A DNA stretch of 63,466 nt, filler included. It is 22 parts of 22 records of this genome, joined end to end, with 100 filler letters (N's around TTAATTAATTAA, not from the genome) between each part and the next. Parts side by side here need not be neighbours in the genome. Positions count along the whole stretch, not along the records: positions 1 to 2,442 come from SRR16133337_36340; positions 2,543 to 4,898 come from SRR16133337_36373; positions 4,999 to 7,134 come from SRR16133337_36442; positions 7,235 to 9,458 come from SRR16133337_36601; positions 9,559 to 12,508 come from SRR16133337_36752; positions 12,609 to 14,662 come from SRR16133337_36857; 16 more parts are not named here. One strand, written 5' to 3'. Position numbers and translations under genes: made by a program. Position 1 is the stretch's first letter, and the number at the start of each line of letters is the position of its first letter. Under the pieces are notes generated by a model. The model was not told the DNA's origin, did not search any database, and saw only the letters and a list, made by a program, of their open reading frames with translations. Below are positions 1 to 13,945 of this stretch, one piece after another.

Positions 1-229
1 ATTTTTTCGTTCATTTAGTGAATACAGAACTTTGAAATGGAAATTGATTTGCAAAATAATACAATTTCAAAATATAAACAATAAACAAAAACAGATCCCC
101 CTTTGATCCTTTCACCTCCTCGAGTGTGGAAAATAGCATGTACATAATTGCTGTTAATTTTTTTCCCCCAATACCCTGAATATTTGTTTTAAAGCGCTTT
201 AGCATCGATCTGTGTGAACTTAAACTTAC

Positions 230-2105
230 CATGGATTGACTTTTCAGATGTGACATATATGCACCACCCGTATAACCTCCACCAGAAACACACGAAATAT
301 AATCAATTTCCGTGAAAGGAACTTTCCCATTTTTTTCTTTTGAGAGATACTCCATTATACCACAATTAAATGCTGCTGAGCGGATACCTCCTCCAGATGC
401 ACAAAACGCTAAACATTCAAAGATAATTTAATTTGCGAAAACGTGGAAAAAATGGGATTCATGCCAATTGGCTGTTTCAAGCAAGTTTTTTCGCATTTGT
501 ATCGTTTCCAAACCTTAAAGACCTAACTTGTGTTCAAAAAATATGTTTTGTGAAAACCTTACACTTTGTTGTTTGTTTTAGTGTTTGGCAATATAGTATT
601 TCGTAATATGCAATTTTATAAATTGAAACATAATTTATAAAAAGTCCCTTCCGCACAATTGGTATCTTTGAAAAATAATTTTCTCGCAAACCCTTTGACA
701 GAATTTCAAAGACACCTCCTCGTTGAAGAAAACTGTTTGTAAAGACACCAATCGAAATCAAAGATCATTTTGGGTTCAAAAAAATAACAAATTCTACGGT
801 GCTTATTTTTATGACGGAAAATACTTGAAAGAATGAAATGTTATAAAATTTTGCATGGGTTTAAACCTCACCTGTGGTGTATTCATTCCTTTTAATCCCG
901 TAATATTCATGCCTTCTGCGAGTGTGCTCTTCTTCATCGGGAAGTGGATGGTATTCTTGACATCCCATAACTGCCATCGAATTCATAAAACGCTAATCAC
1001 AACATTCAATATCAGAAAAAGTTCTGTTACGCTCTCATAAAAATGGGTGCAAAATATTTGTCCGATTGATTGAAACCGAATTGAGAATTTCATAACTTTT
1101 CATTCAGACTTAGGAAAATTGTGTGGTTGGTGACATGAATGTCCCTAAATTTATAAAAATCGGCAATTCTATGAAAAACGACAGGACGATTCGAAACAAT
1201 AATTTGGTATCCAAAACACTTCACACAAAATAAAAAAATAGATAAAAAAATGTTTCTATCCAATTTTTTAGTACATGATATCATTTTTAATTTAAGCTCA
1301 ATACAACAACCACAGAGTTACAAATTTCCTGAAAAGAACAATTTTCAAAAAAAAGAAGAAATAATGTACATAATTATTAGACCACTTAGTTCAAAAAATG
1401 ATGTTAAACTTACCAGTCCGTGGTCGTTTTCAAGATGATCTTCCATTTCATCAATGGACTGAAACTCTTCTCTACAAGGAGAAAACCAACATTTCTAGAA
1501 CACATAAAAATAAAATTATAAAATTATTTTTTGCACTTCCCAAGATTTTTTTTAAAAAAAATCCATTGCCCAAAAACTTTACGCATTTTTAGCAGAGAAA
1601 AATAAGATACATTTCAGTAAAACTACTACATTTTGTTGTTTGTGTTTTTATTTTACATACGCCAAGACCATCGTTTTTCCGATAAGAATGTTAAAAACTT
1701 ACGGAACAAATTTACAACAATTTTGTGCAAAAAATATTGACAATTTCGAAGAAATCGACATTAAAACTGTAAAAAATGCTCAAAACTTAAAAAAATAAAA
1801 ATATCCATACTTACAGTATTACAGCATTTTTGACACAAAAACTCCCCTTCTTGCGCAGGAGTAAAGCACAGCCAATGACCACGAGCAGAGCACGATGTAC
1901 ATTCTTTGAGCATTTCTCTTGAAACAACATATTTTCCACATGTGTCGCATGGAATTTTCACATCTAAAATCCCACAAGAATCACTCGACCGACGAACATC
2001 TGTTAAAATTTTTTCATGTAGATCAGCGTCAATTTGAGGCATTTCTTCGTTTTGCTGTGGACTTGAACTGTCGATCATTGGAAAATGAAGTCCGAGAAAA
2101 TGATC
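230..2105 (-). CDS. Spliced eukaryotic gene (partial): PHD finger + C2H2 zinc finger + patatin/cPLA2-like phospholipase
   Basis: Four GT-AG exons with compatible phases: 2105-1815 (CDTC..CTSC-x4-H-x2-C..CQKC, C4HC3 PHD), 1494-1414 (CWFSPC-x12-HLENDH), 992-872, and 408-230 (ASGGGIRSAAF oxyanion motif and SCVSGGGY nucleophile elbow). Truncated at both contig ends. Confidence 0.8.
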
Positions 2106-2442
2106 CTAAAAATAGAATATGTTTTTAGAAACATACACGTTTCACATATAACATATTTTCGCACATACATTATGTTTTCGGATTTATTAAATGTTCGTAA
2201 AATGATTTAAGGCTTTCTAATTTTCTATTCGGGGTGTATTTCAGCTCACTCAACATTGTTACATTAAACTACAATCCCCGTTGTCCTACATTCTCATTAT
2301 GTTGAGAAACATTGGGCTGGGAAAAATTCGTACTGTGAGACGATTCAGGAAATGAGTGAGACACCATGTTTGTGAGATTTGAAAAGCACATTCCACGTGT
2401 CAGGACACTTAGGCACCATTCATAAATTCCGTCACGGTGACG

Positions 2443-2542
2443 NNNNNNNNNNNNNNNNNNNNNNNNNNNNNNNNNNNNNNNNNNNNTTAATTAATTAANN
2501 NNNNNNNNNNNNNNNNNNNNNNNNNNNNNNNNNNNNNNNNNN
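2443..2542. other. Artificial contig spacer (N44-TTAATTAATTAA-N44); first of 21
   Basis: Identical 100-nt spacers with stops in all six frames start at 2443, 4899, 7135, 9459, 12509, 14663, 17646, 20021, 22143, 25477, 27626, 29769, 35623, 37777, 42949, 45958, 48555, 51258, 53776, 56869 and 61320. Adjacency across them has no biological meaning. Confidence 0.99.
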
Positions 2543-4709
2543 TCAACATGAGCGCAAGAAATACTCGAAAATGTTTGGTGTTTGTTCGAGACCGTACCAA
2601 AACGTGGTCAATAACCTCAGAAACTCCAAAAGAGTGCAATCCCGAAGTGACATACCGCGAACAACATCAATCATGTCACTCATGAAAACTTTTCTCGATG
2701 ATAAAACCACAATTCTTCCATTCACAGCTTCAGATTTAATTTCAATGCCAGTCGTCAACTTCAAATTATTGCTTCTTGCTTTTATCCAAATGTATGTTTC
2801 GGCATCACAAGCTAGTAATTCAGCAACGATACAGGAAATATCTTTCACCTAAAAAAATACGAAAAATATTACAACATTTCAGAAACAATCAAGAGAATTG
2901 TGGAGTTATCAACGATAAAAGTTTTTATCGTGTGAAAGTGTACTCACAACTTCGTAGTACAGATTACTAATCTGATTTCGTAAAGTGCGAGAACGGTTGG
3001 TCATTGTCTTCTGAAGAAGAGTCAATGTTCTGTCAGACGGCGGGTCAACACCCCATCGAGAATAAACAGAATATAAAAAACTACGTGATTTGATACAGTT
3101 CTTCAAGACTTTCTTCGTCATTTGAAAAATAACATTTATCTATTTCAATGCAAACAAAAAACAACATACAAGTTTTCAGTACTTTATACAACAAAAGAAT
3201 AAAAAGCATAAAAAATCGGTTCATGAATAGTCAAATTAGAATTTGAACGGCATGTATTTCATTTGAATACTCATGGATAGGCTTCATTATTTCATGACTT
3301 ACTCGTCCAAAAGAATTCATTTGAAAGTTTTACTTGGGACTTTTACAACCACCCTCACCCCCCACCACTCCACCCAAACTGTGAATTTATTACAACCTAC
3401 CGATCCTGCCATATACGAATTTTTTTCGTTCACTACATCATCGACGTGTTCAATATAAAGAGCTGTGGACTTGCATACATCTTTACTCTCATAACTTGGT
3501 CTTGGTGACTCGTCCTCCGATGAAGAATGATCTGAATCGGTATCAACATCAGCATATGTTAAAACTTGACCAACTTGACGGAAAACTGGAACAATGCCAT
3601 TATTGTCTGTTGACAAATCTGTCATATTCTTTCTTGTGAAGAAATGTTTTGATTTCAAAACGTTTTTGAAGACTTCATCTGTATAGCTTCGATTAATGGC
3701 ATCCTTAAAAGCAAAATAAACAGCACATATTAATGTTGGCATCGTTAATGTTGATTCTAGTTCTATGAGAAATTCAATATGTGAATGTACTTGGTTTTGT
3801 TTTTGTAAAACATAAATTTGATGAAATCGATCATGAATCTCTTCCAGATTTATTCAACGACCGTTCACGATCAATTCATGATTGAAAAAGACGTGTATCA
3901 AAGTTTCAGATGCATCAATCAATTCAGTTTTGGTTGGCGAAATCAAAATAATCCTGGTGCTCTCCCATTATTTTTCAGCTTGCTAAGTTTTTTGATTTTT
4001 TTGGAAAGCGTCCACGTCTGTATACAGTTATTTTTTTGGAGTTATTAATTTCTTTTGCTGTGCACACACAATTTTTTGAAAGGAACATACTTTGTGAATT
4101 CTCATTTGCGCCCCACTAATATCATAACAGAATCCTTCCACCATGTCGCGTGTTTCTTCGATAAGGCCTTGAATTTCAAAGATTTGATTGTTAATTTCAG
4201 AAAACATTTCTTGATTAAAAGCGTGATGTTGACTTGATGGATCCACAAAAATTGTAACGAAATCTGATATTCTCATGTCACTAACTCTCAGATCGTGTCC
4301 CTGTAGTCGATTCCCTGAAAGATATACGCAAAACAAGCTCTGAATAATGTAGAAAGATAAAAATGTATTGCAATAATAAATGTCCAATAATGAAATGAAA
4401 TTTAACAAAATTACATGTTTTTGATTTTTCGAACTGTTTTCACTATTTCACCTCTTGAGCTGTTGGTGAGCTGTTATCTTTAGACGGACAGGTGGTGGAA
4501 TGAACTTTGACAATCACATTAATCATAATTTACATACTTATTGAAACAATGTCTTCGGATTTTATTTCATCAACCCTTGTTCCAACACCGTCTGTAATTG
4601 AATATATGAGTTTCCTTATATCTTCTACCTGTCGGCTGTACCTCTTCACCACTGCATTACTATTTGTAGACACAGCGGATACGTCATCTTTTTCATCATC
4701 ACAACTTTC
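2543..4709 (-). pseudogene. Unidentified multi-exon eukaryotic gene, possibly degenerate
   Basis: Several exon-like open stretches, some with GT/AG borders (about 4709-4538, 4314-4091, 3742-3400, 3121-2940, 2848-2543). I could not join them without stops or frameshifts and recognise no family motif. Confidence 0.3.
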
Positions 4710-5143
4710 CTGTACGTAAAGAACAACATTATTAGCGTCTCACCTACATTTTTCGAACCAATGATATATTTTTCAAGTGGAGTGTGATTTCAACTCACGA
4801 TAGTCTCGCTGTAACATTTCAGCCGGCGCGTTCGAAAATTTTTCACATCGGAAAACAAGGCATATATCAATTTTCAATTATCATCGTGATCTTCTTAANN
4901 NNNNNNNNNNNNNNNNNNNNNNNNNNNNNNNNNNNNNNNNNNTTAATTAATTAANNNNNNNNNNNNNNNNNNNNNNNNNNNNNNNNNNNNNNNNNNNNGA
5001 AAATTTTAGGCTTGCTATTTTTATTTCTAAGGGGGCGGAGTATATAGCGTTCTTTTATAAAAAAAACACCCTTGGCTATAAGGGTAAAAATATATGTTTA
5101 TTTTTACTTTTTATAGAAAAGTATTTAACGAAGCTAAAAATAT

Positions 5144-7134
5144 ATGAGCAAACAGATCCCTTTTGGGAAGCTAAAAAACAGTATTGAAGGAGAATTTTTC
5201 ACGGATAAGCTGCATCAAAGTATCTATGCTACGGATGCGTCTGTATACAGAAAAATACCCCTAGCTGTTGCTTTTCCAAAAAACACTTCAGATTTCCAAA
5301 AATTGATTGTTTTTGCTACGAAGTACAACTTATCTTTAACTCCTAGAGCCGCAGGAACTTCTTTGGCTGGACAATGTGTTGGGGAAGGGATTATTGTAGA
5401 TACTTCAAAATATTTCAATGAAATTATTTCTTTTGATGCCGAAAAAAAAACGGTAAGGGTACAACCAGGTGTTATTAGAGATGATTTGAATCGCTATTTA
5501 AAACCCTATGGTTTGTTCTTGGGGCCCAATACGTCTAGTTCTAATCGTTGTATGATTGGCGGAATGGTGGGCAACAATTCCTCTGGAACAACTTCTATTC
5601 AATTTGGGGTAACTCGAGACAAAGTGCTCGCGTTAAAAACGGTTTTAAGCGATGGTACAGAAGCCACTTTTAAGAGCCTTTCCTCCAAAGAATTTCAGCA
5701 AAAGACAAAAGGAATCACTTTAGAAAACACCATTTACAGCTCTATTTTTGAAGAATTATCAAATGTTGACATTCAGAAAGAAATCCATAAAGAATTTCCC
5801 AAACCTACTATCCATAGAAGAAATACGGGCTATGCGGTAGATACTCTTTTAAAATCGAACTTGTTTGGAGGCAACGAAACACAGATCAATCTTTCAAAAT
5901 TGCTTTGTGGCAGTGAAGGCACGTTGGCTTTTACGACTGAAATTACCCTTCAATTAGATGACTTGCCCCCTAAACACAGCGTGGTATTGGGGGTTCATTT
6001 TAAAAGCATTCAAGAAAGTTTAGAGGCTGTTGTGATTGCGATGCAACATCCATTATATACTTGTGAATTGCTAGATAAAATTATTTTGGATTGTACTAAA
6101 AACAATCGGGAACAAGAGAAAAACAGGTTTTTCTTGCAAGGAGATCCGGCGGCAGTTTTAATGCTAGAAGTAGCCTCCAATTCGAAAGCAACCGCCACAA
6201 TTTTAGCAGATACTTTGATTACTGATTTAAAGGCACATTCTTTGGGTTATCACTATCCTAAAATTTTCGACAAAGACATTTTCAAAATTCACCACCTTAG
6301 AAAGGCGGGTCTGGGTTTGTTAGGAAATCTCATTGGAGATGACAAAGCAGTTGCTTGTATAGAAGATACCGCTGTTGAATTGAAAGATCTTCCAAAGTAT
6401 ATTGCTGAGTTTACCAAAATGATGGAAGGTTACAACCAGCAAGCAGTGTACTACGCCCATGCAGGTGCTGGAGAAATTCATTTGCGACCTATTTTGAATT
6501 TAAAAAAGAGAGCCGCAGTTGTCTTGTTTCGAGAAATCACGACAGAAACGGCTAAATTGGTCAAAAAATACCAAGGGTCTTTTAGTGGTGAACACGGTGA
6601 TGGAATTGTACGTTCTGAATTCATTCCTTTGATGATTGGTAGAGAGAACTACCAACTTCTAAAACGAATCAAATCGACATTTGATCCACAAAATATTTTC
6701 AACAAAGGAAAAATTGTAACTGCTTTTCCTATGGACAAAAGTTTACGCTATCAACCTGAAAGAGAAGAACCCGAAATTACCACACTGTTAGATTTTAGCG
6801 ATAGTCAAGGAATTTTACGTTATGCTGAAAGATGCAATGGATCTGGAGATTGTCGGAAATCGGTTGCTTCTGGTGGAACCATGTGTCCGAGTTACCGTGC
6901 TACCAAAAACGAAAAAGATAGCACTAGAGCTCGAGCCAATGCCCTTAGAGAATTCTTAACCCATAGTACTGAAAGAAACAAATTCAACCACAAAGAACTG
7001 CACGAGGTTTTTGATTTGTGTTTGAATTGCAAGGCTTGTGCAAGTGAATGCCCTAGTAATGTGGATGTAGCCAGTTTAAAAGCAGAGTTTTTACATCAGT
7101 ATTATTTAGAAAATGGAATTCCTTTTCGTGCAAA
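5144..7134 (+). CDS. Bacterial FAD-binding and 4Fe-4S-binding oxidoreductase (YdiJ/D-2-hydroxyacid dehydrogenase-like), 3' truncated
   Basis: Intronless ORF with PRAAGTSLAGQ, IGGMVGNNSSG, GSEGTL, HAGAGEIHLRP and SGEHGDG (FAD-linked oxidase), then CNGSGDC..MCPSY and CLNCKACASECP Fe-S motifs. Flavobacteriaceae-like sequence style. Confidence 0.92.
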
Positions 7135-7424
7135 NNNNNNNNNNNNNNNNNNNNNNNNNNNNNNNNNNNNNNNNNNNNTTAATTAATTAANNNNNNNNNN
7201 NNNNNNNNNNNNNNNNNNNNNNNNNNNNNNNNNNGGATAACGGACAAACTCTATGCTTTATGTTCAGCGGGATAAAAAAACCTTTGACTCTTATTTGCAT
7301 GTTTGAAGTTTTAAATAAAATTCACAAAATGAAAAAATGTATTTCAAAAAAATTGAAAAGTACGAAAAAATTGCAAGGATATACTTGTTTTCAGACGGGT
7401 TCAATGAAATCCCCGCATATGTAC

Positions 7425-9258
7425 CTTGTTCCGGAGTGTAAACTTTTTTGTTTTTCAAACTCTTGTTAATGGAGCCTCCAATTTGGTCTGGTGGCATGAA
7501 CGAGTGACCGACAGAAAAAAACTTCGTTTTAATTGAATTTGCAATTCCATTTTGAACACAAAAAAGGTCTGCACCGACATTAAACTGCGACTTGTTTTGA
7601 GATCCGCAATTATCTTCATAAAATATGAAATCTTTGTATTGATTTTTCTGTTCTTCTATAAAGTTCACCTACGAATCGATTTTACTACATATTAATGAAA
7701 TTGTTCAGCACTGTGACTGGGTGCTATTTTGAATGTGTGTGCGAAAAAGCACCAACATTTTTGGACTCCCTGTTGTCTCGCTGTCATAATAAAATTGTAT
7801 GTGCCCGCTCTCCATTTTTCACCCGGAAAAAGTGCTTGTAGCATCATTTAACCTTACATAAAGTTTGTGAAACACGAAAAATTAAAAAACACCCACATGG
7901 CTAAAAGAAATACTTTTGTTATCACTCAAAAAGTTCCTGGGCCCGAATGTGTTTTTTCTAATTGTTTTTTTAGCTTACATCTAATTTATTCTGCTCAATT
8001 CCACAAAAACATTAGAAACTTTTGAAATACACCAATAGGTTTTGTATATTTTCTTTCATTTTTGTTTGTTTTTTTAAAGCACAACAGACAACAACTAGAA
8101 ACAAGTTGACTTTCGCAAAAACGAAAAGTGATAGTAGTTCACTAAAAAAACGATTGACAACCAAATTTTATGAATGATTAGCGCATTTACCTTGTACTGT
8201 ATTGTTTCATTCACGCCTCGTCCTGCTTCAGCCTCATGCCAATTATAAATATAAGCATTTTTGGTTTTTGAATCATGCAGGATGCCTGTATAAACAGACA
8301 AAGAACGAAGATAATAATTTTTACCAACTGTTAACTTGGGGAGATCAGTGACTGATTTCAAATCTAATTCTCCAACAAACACCTCCTCAGATGTAGTTTC
8401 AACATCGCTTTTATGAGCACGTCTCGGTTCTTTTGCATATATTAAATGTTTTTGATGTTTTTGTGTTTTTGTTGTTTTACTCTTAAGTGCTGCCACACAA
8501 ATATCACATTCGTCTGTTCTGTTTCGTAAGAACCCGACGTTATAATATTTACAAAGCCTGCGAAAAGTATCATAAGCGACTTTTTTTCCTTTATTTTTAA
8601 TTGCAAATAATTCATGCAGAGCCTTGTAGCTTTTTATTTCATCCAAATGTATGTAATTTTTTTGTGGGCACCTTTGAAGATTATAATGGGACTTGTGGAC
8701 GGGAAGCGTCCTGAGAAAACGTTTGACGAGATGTTTTGCGTCATCTGATGAAGGTTTCCTCCCTCTCTTCTCCCCTTCTTTGACTTTGTCCAAATTTGTA
8801 AGTCTTGTGAGCGACACATCAAAAATATTACAAATGCCATTTTTGCAAACTTCGATACGGTGGTGGGTATCGCGGACTGGTAAGCTCCACTTGATGTGTT
8901 GTGTTTTTTTTTTGCCTTCGATTTTTGTTACGGTACGACATGACATTAAAAATGCATTTTGCCAATGTCGATCATTTTCATAAAATTGTACATGAAGATA
9001 CTTCCCTTCTTCAATGTCGAACCCATCGCATCCCTTGCAATCGTCATGAGCAGTGTATTTACGAGCTGTTCGAATTACTTTGAGCCGATTTGTAAATTGT
9101 TTTCCATGTTGAGCTGCATATTGTCGCTTACGTCGTAAAGTTTGGGTGGTTTTAGGAGGACTTTCGACCTGCTCCTCAGCATGCTGCACATTTCCCCTCT
9201 CAGGTGTTTTGATTTCTACAGCGCTTGGCTGAGAATGTATTGGAGATGGCGGTGCCTC
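7425..9258 (-). mobile_element. Sola-like (probably Sola1) DDD transposase, spliced, partial
   Basis: Exons 9258-8191 and 7668-7425 join in phase 0. Motifs: PVHKSHY, DECDIC..H-x2-H, ELDLK..LP..YYLRSL, WHEAEAGRGVNE, EDNCGSQNK, GHSFMPPD (41 residues between the second and third Asp). Confidence 0.7.
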
Positions 9259-9913
9259 CTATAACATGAAAACAAAAAGTTCACGTGTTATTAAATTTTA
9301 TACATTGTTTTTCACAGCCAAGCAGCAGCTCTAACAAGAAGGTGTGTCGTGTACTGTACAGTATACTGACCTCTTTTGACGACATCGTGATCTTTCAAGA
9401 GATTCGAAAAACATGCGGTCAAGAGTTGTGTTTTCAACCAAACAATCGGAGATTTGGANNNNNNNNNNNNNNNNNNNNNNNNNNNNNNNNNNNNNNNNNN
9501 NNTTAATTAATTAANNNNNNNNNNNNNNNNNNNNNNNNNNNNNNNNNNNNNNNNNNNNGACTATTTCTCTAAAAACTGAGAAAATACTAAATCAAATTAC
9601 GAGAAGGGGCGTAAGTGTGGGTTGTTTGGTAAAAATTTCAATTGCGGTGCGGGTATGTATTATTCAGTGGTATACTAGGGCTTGTATTCAAAAATTGGGT
9701 TAAATCCATATTTTGTGTAATAAATAAATTGACCCAAAACACATTCTAACAAAACTTATTCCTTTTGATGTGCTAAAAACATTACGAAAATCTTGTTATA
9801 CAACGCACGACCCTAAACACCCAATATGATATTTTAAATGAAAGCAAAAACTGAACTTTTATTCTTGCTGGTCCGAAACTTTATGTGGTGTTAAAACTAT
9901 GTTAACCTATTAC

Positions 9914-12409
9914 CTCGCAAAACACTTGTTCATGAGTACACTGTCCATTAATAAGCGTTGATTCCTCACAATTTGATTCAAGCACGCAATATGGCCCTGT
10001 GAATCCTGGAGCACATCTACACTCTTTTTGGCGTGTACATTGTCCTATTCAAAAAAATATGAAACAAAAAGTTATGGACGAACCAAAAGACCATCAAAAC
10101 ATTGCAGGTAACTATACAACAATGACCAAAATACTGAATTACAGTAAATGAACCTGCATACCCACGAAAATTCAACAACCAAACAAGTTTCAATGAAAAT
10201 TTTTAGTTTGGAAATCACTTTAAACAATTTTATACTGTAATACATATTCGCGCATACACACTCACCCTACAAACTCCAGTACGCAACTGTAGTACATGTG
10301 ATAGTAATCTTCATTATTCCAAGGAACATTCATTTTGGTTGAAGAAATATTGGTATCGAACCTCAAGTAAAACATTTGTGTTCTCAAAGGAGTAATCCTC
10401 CAAGACAAGGAAGTTAAGAAAAATATGCACAAAATACAGAAACTATGGGGAACCTTAACAAAAACCACAAACTGCACGCTTGTGCACAACGAGTGTACGG
10501 TTGTATCCTTAGATTATGGCAACGATCCTTATACTTCCACTATGTTTTAAAAAAGGTCTTTTGTATATCACAGCGATATCGCAATTTCCCCGGTGTTCCG
10601 GATGAGCAAAACGAAAAATGAAAATATAGAATTTCGAAATTCTTAGACAGTCTAGAATTAATATTACAGTTATACAATATTTTAAGGAAATTAATCATTA
10701 CAATAGCCTCTGGTTTCGGCAATGTATATTTTGCAGGACGATCGAAAAATTCTCCAAAAAGTGGAGGGTTTGTTTCACTCCTGTAGGTGTCATATTCCTT
10801 CAAGTTTCTAACAGACGACTGTATTTAACATGATGGTACAAGATGCACAAAACAGTATCAAAATGCAGGAATAAAATTTAGTTTTTGATGCAAGAAACCA
10901 CTCCCCAAATTACTGTAACTCGAAAACCAAGATTGTTCCCCAATTATACCAATATTGAGGGGTGGCTATGACATTAAAATTATGCACATGTACCGAAAAT
11001 CAACAAATCTCAGACATAATGTAAGTATAAACTTACCATGGCCACTACACTCCCCAATACAATCATTGTCTAACCGTCCAACAATTTCAAGATTAGCACA
11101 TGATTTAAAATAGTAATTTATGTCCCCGTATTCGCCAGTAAATGCCTAAACAAAACGTACGTACAAAAATGATTCTCCAATGAAATGGAATTTTTATATT
11201 GGAGTGTCATCGTCACAACTGCGTGCTACTTGATACTTATTTATTGGGGTTGAAATTCTAGCGAGATAATGTTATTTTTCTACAGATATAATTCTCTAGT
11301 TGGAGGAAAAAACCGTGTTAAATTTTTCATGGTTTTTCGTGAAAAATATTCTTTGGCCATGAAATGACATTAGTGACATTTCATAGAAACCTAATTTTTC
11401 ATTACAAAAATGCACACTTATTGTTTTGTGACACGCACAAAAATGAGCCTGAGTAAGCTTACATGGCGTGTAAACTCATTATGCGTGTTTTTGTAATTAC
11501 CTTCAAGGCAATGGCGCAATTTGGACAAACTCTATTTGATGGAAGTGTCACTTCAAGATGAGAGAGAGTTGTGTCGTTTGACGAAGATGCAAGGAGTATA
11601 ACTTCTTGTGTACCTAAGATGAATGCCATATCAACAAACAATTAGATGCAAAGTGTTTCGTAATATCATTTACGACGAAAGTAAAGAGTGTTTTTTTGAA
11701 CATATGAAATTGACAAATGTACTAGTTGTGGGTGAGGCGATAGATAGAAGAGTGTCAAAATATAGTGATTTTCAGAATATAAAACTGTTGTGGTAAATGC
11801 AATTTTCGAAAGAATTCAGCAAACCAGACTCAATATTCGAAGCCAGGACTTGAATGTTTTGTGCGTATAACGTACAGGCCAACGTTGCAAGGGAGAAACT
11901 ATGTTGCTCTAGTGTAGCCGTTTTCTTAGTAGGTTAACCTTTCAATGAAATAAATGTCTCGATGGTTAACTTTACAATTAACTTTTCGTTGGTTTAATGT
12001 GTAGTCGTAATGCGAAACACATAAAATGGGAGCACACATATATACAAATCAATTAATCTGTTGTGGATAAAATATTTATATTCCGAATATTGGATAAGTT
12101 TTACTATTCTTAGAGATGCAGGAAACGAATAAAAAAAATTTCTGAGTTCTCATTTGCCTGCATCTTTTGATACCAAAAAATTATTTATATTTTTTCATTC
12201 GCCTACCAACGAATATCACTAAAACCTCCATGCGTTGTGTCATATTGGTGACTACATCTAAAATTTCATTTTATCGCACTCACCATAATCAAGAAGAATC
12301 ACTGAAAAATGTTCTTGAAATTGCAGTGACAAGGTTCCTTCGGGTTCGTTTGGAGAACCTCCTTCAATTACAACAGCGCCTTCACCTTCACCTTCGGGCT
12401 CCGCAGAAA
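9914..12409 (-). CDS. Spliced, probably extracellular protein with EGF-like repeats preceded by a Cys-containing beta-domain (partial)
   Basis: Exons 12409-12284, 11613-11501, 11145-11037 and 10044-9914 join in frame: ..EVTLPSNRVCPNCAIALK/AFTGEYGDINYYFKSCANLEIVG..CIGECSGHG/QCTRQKECRCAPGFTGPYC. Confidence 0.72.
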
Positions 12410-13917
12410 CTATTTAAAAAAAACACAAAAACATATGTATGAACAATGTAAAACATGTGACAACATATAAAGCCAAAACGAAAAAACTTGACGTACGTTT
12501 GGATATTTNNNNNNNNNNNNNNNNNNNNNNNNNNNNNNNNNNNNNNNNNNNNTTAATTAATTAANNNNNNNNNNNNNNNNNNNNNNNNNNNNNNNNNNNN
12601 NNNNNNNNTTGTATTCTTCTTCTGTTAAAATCATATTTTATCACTCAGCGTTTTTTTGATTTGAAATGCTTTGAAAAAATAAGATTCTCGTTTCTATCTT
12701 TTCTGGTTAGTTGTGAATTTGCACATCAAAACTGTATGAACTTACATACAACGTGGTTTCTTTCACGTTTGCTAAAATCGACATCAAACAAACAATGTAT
12801 TCATTTGTGGGGCATTTGAAACAATTGACAACAATTTTTTACTTTTACTTTTTACTTTTGTTAGGTTGGGAAATGTTGTAGGATTTCCAAAATTGATGTT
12901 TTTGGGCTTGTTCGCGTTTAGATATTGTTTTATTGTATAATTTTTTCTTCTGTGATGGGGAAATCATTGTTTCTTCATTTTGAAATGTTATGTTATTAAA
13001 ATACTAATATTTTTCAGTTTAGAACACTTGCAGGAAAAGAAAGAAAAGTTTCATCTCGTGGTCTCCTTGCTGGATCCTGCAATGATACTTTTTTATGAAA
13101 AGAGATTGCACAGTTTATTTCGAGCAAAACTTAACACTACACCAAAGTAAAAACATTGCCAGTTTTGAAATGCTAAACTAACAGCGAAATAAAAATAGTA
13201 CAGTAAGCTTGCCCACTTTAAGACATACAAACTGCCCTTATTTTATATCATCTAAAAACTCTCAATTTCTTATCACTTCACCAAAATACACACATCTTTG
13301 TCTCATCTAGTACAATGAATGTATAAAGTAGAAGCTCTTTTTGGTGGGGATAGCAGCTGTGTTGTACTCACACGCATACAAAAAATTATTTTGATTGAAC
13401 ACGGGACTTTAGAATTTGAGCGGATTCCGATTTTGAACAACTACATGACAGCCATTTCACAACAACGTATTTATAATTTAATTTTCACCTGACAAACACC
13501 CGTTTTTCGCAATGTTTATATTTTATTTTTTTATACATTAATGTTTACATGAGAAATGACATACACGCACGATAGGTTAGTAGGTTTTGTTTGAGTTAAC
13601 AAACGCAAAAATTTCGTTTGGGGGATTTAGGGAATTTGCAGGATTTCGATTTCGGAACACAATTGTGTTTTTTTCCTGCGAGTGTTTGGAAACCAGTTAA
13701 ATATATGATTCATAACACACTTGCATTCAAAAATCCAGGGTAAACAAAATTCCGTGATTGTCGAAAATTGTATTACAAAAAACGTGCGATGTTGCTAGTT
13801 TTGTTTTCCACATTACCAACACTCTGACGTACTGTCATTGATTACAACTCGACCTTTCAAAAGAAAATATTTCCAGCATATGAAAGAATGGCACACCACA
13901 CCCTCCACACGCCACTG

Positions 13918-13945
13918 CACACACACACACACACACACATACACA
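13918..13945 (+). repeat. (CA)n microsatellite
   Basis: Nearly perfect CA dinucleotide run. Confidence 0.9.
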
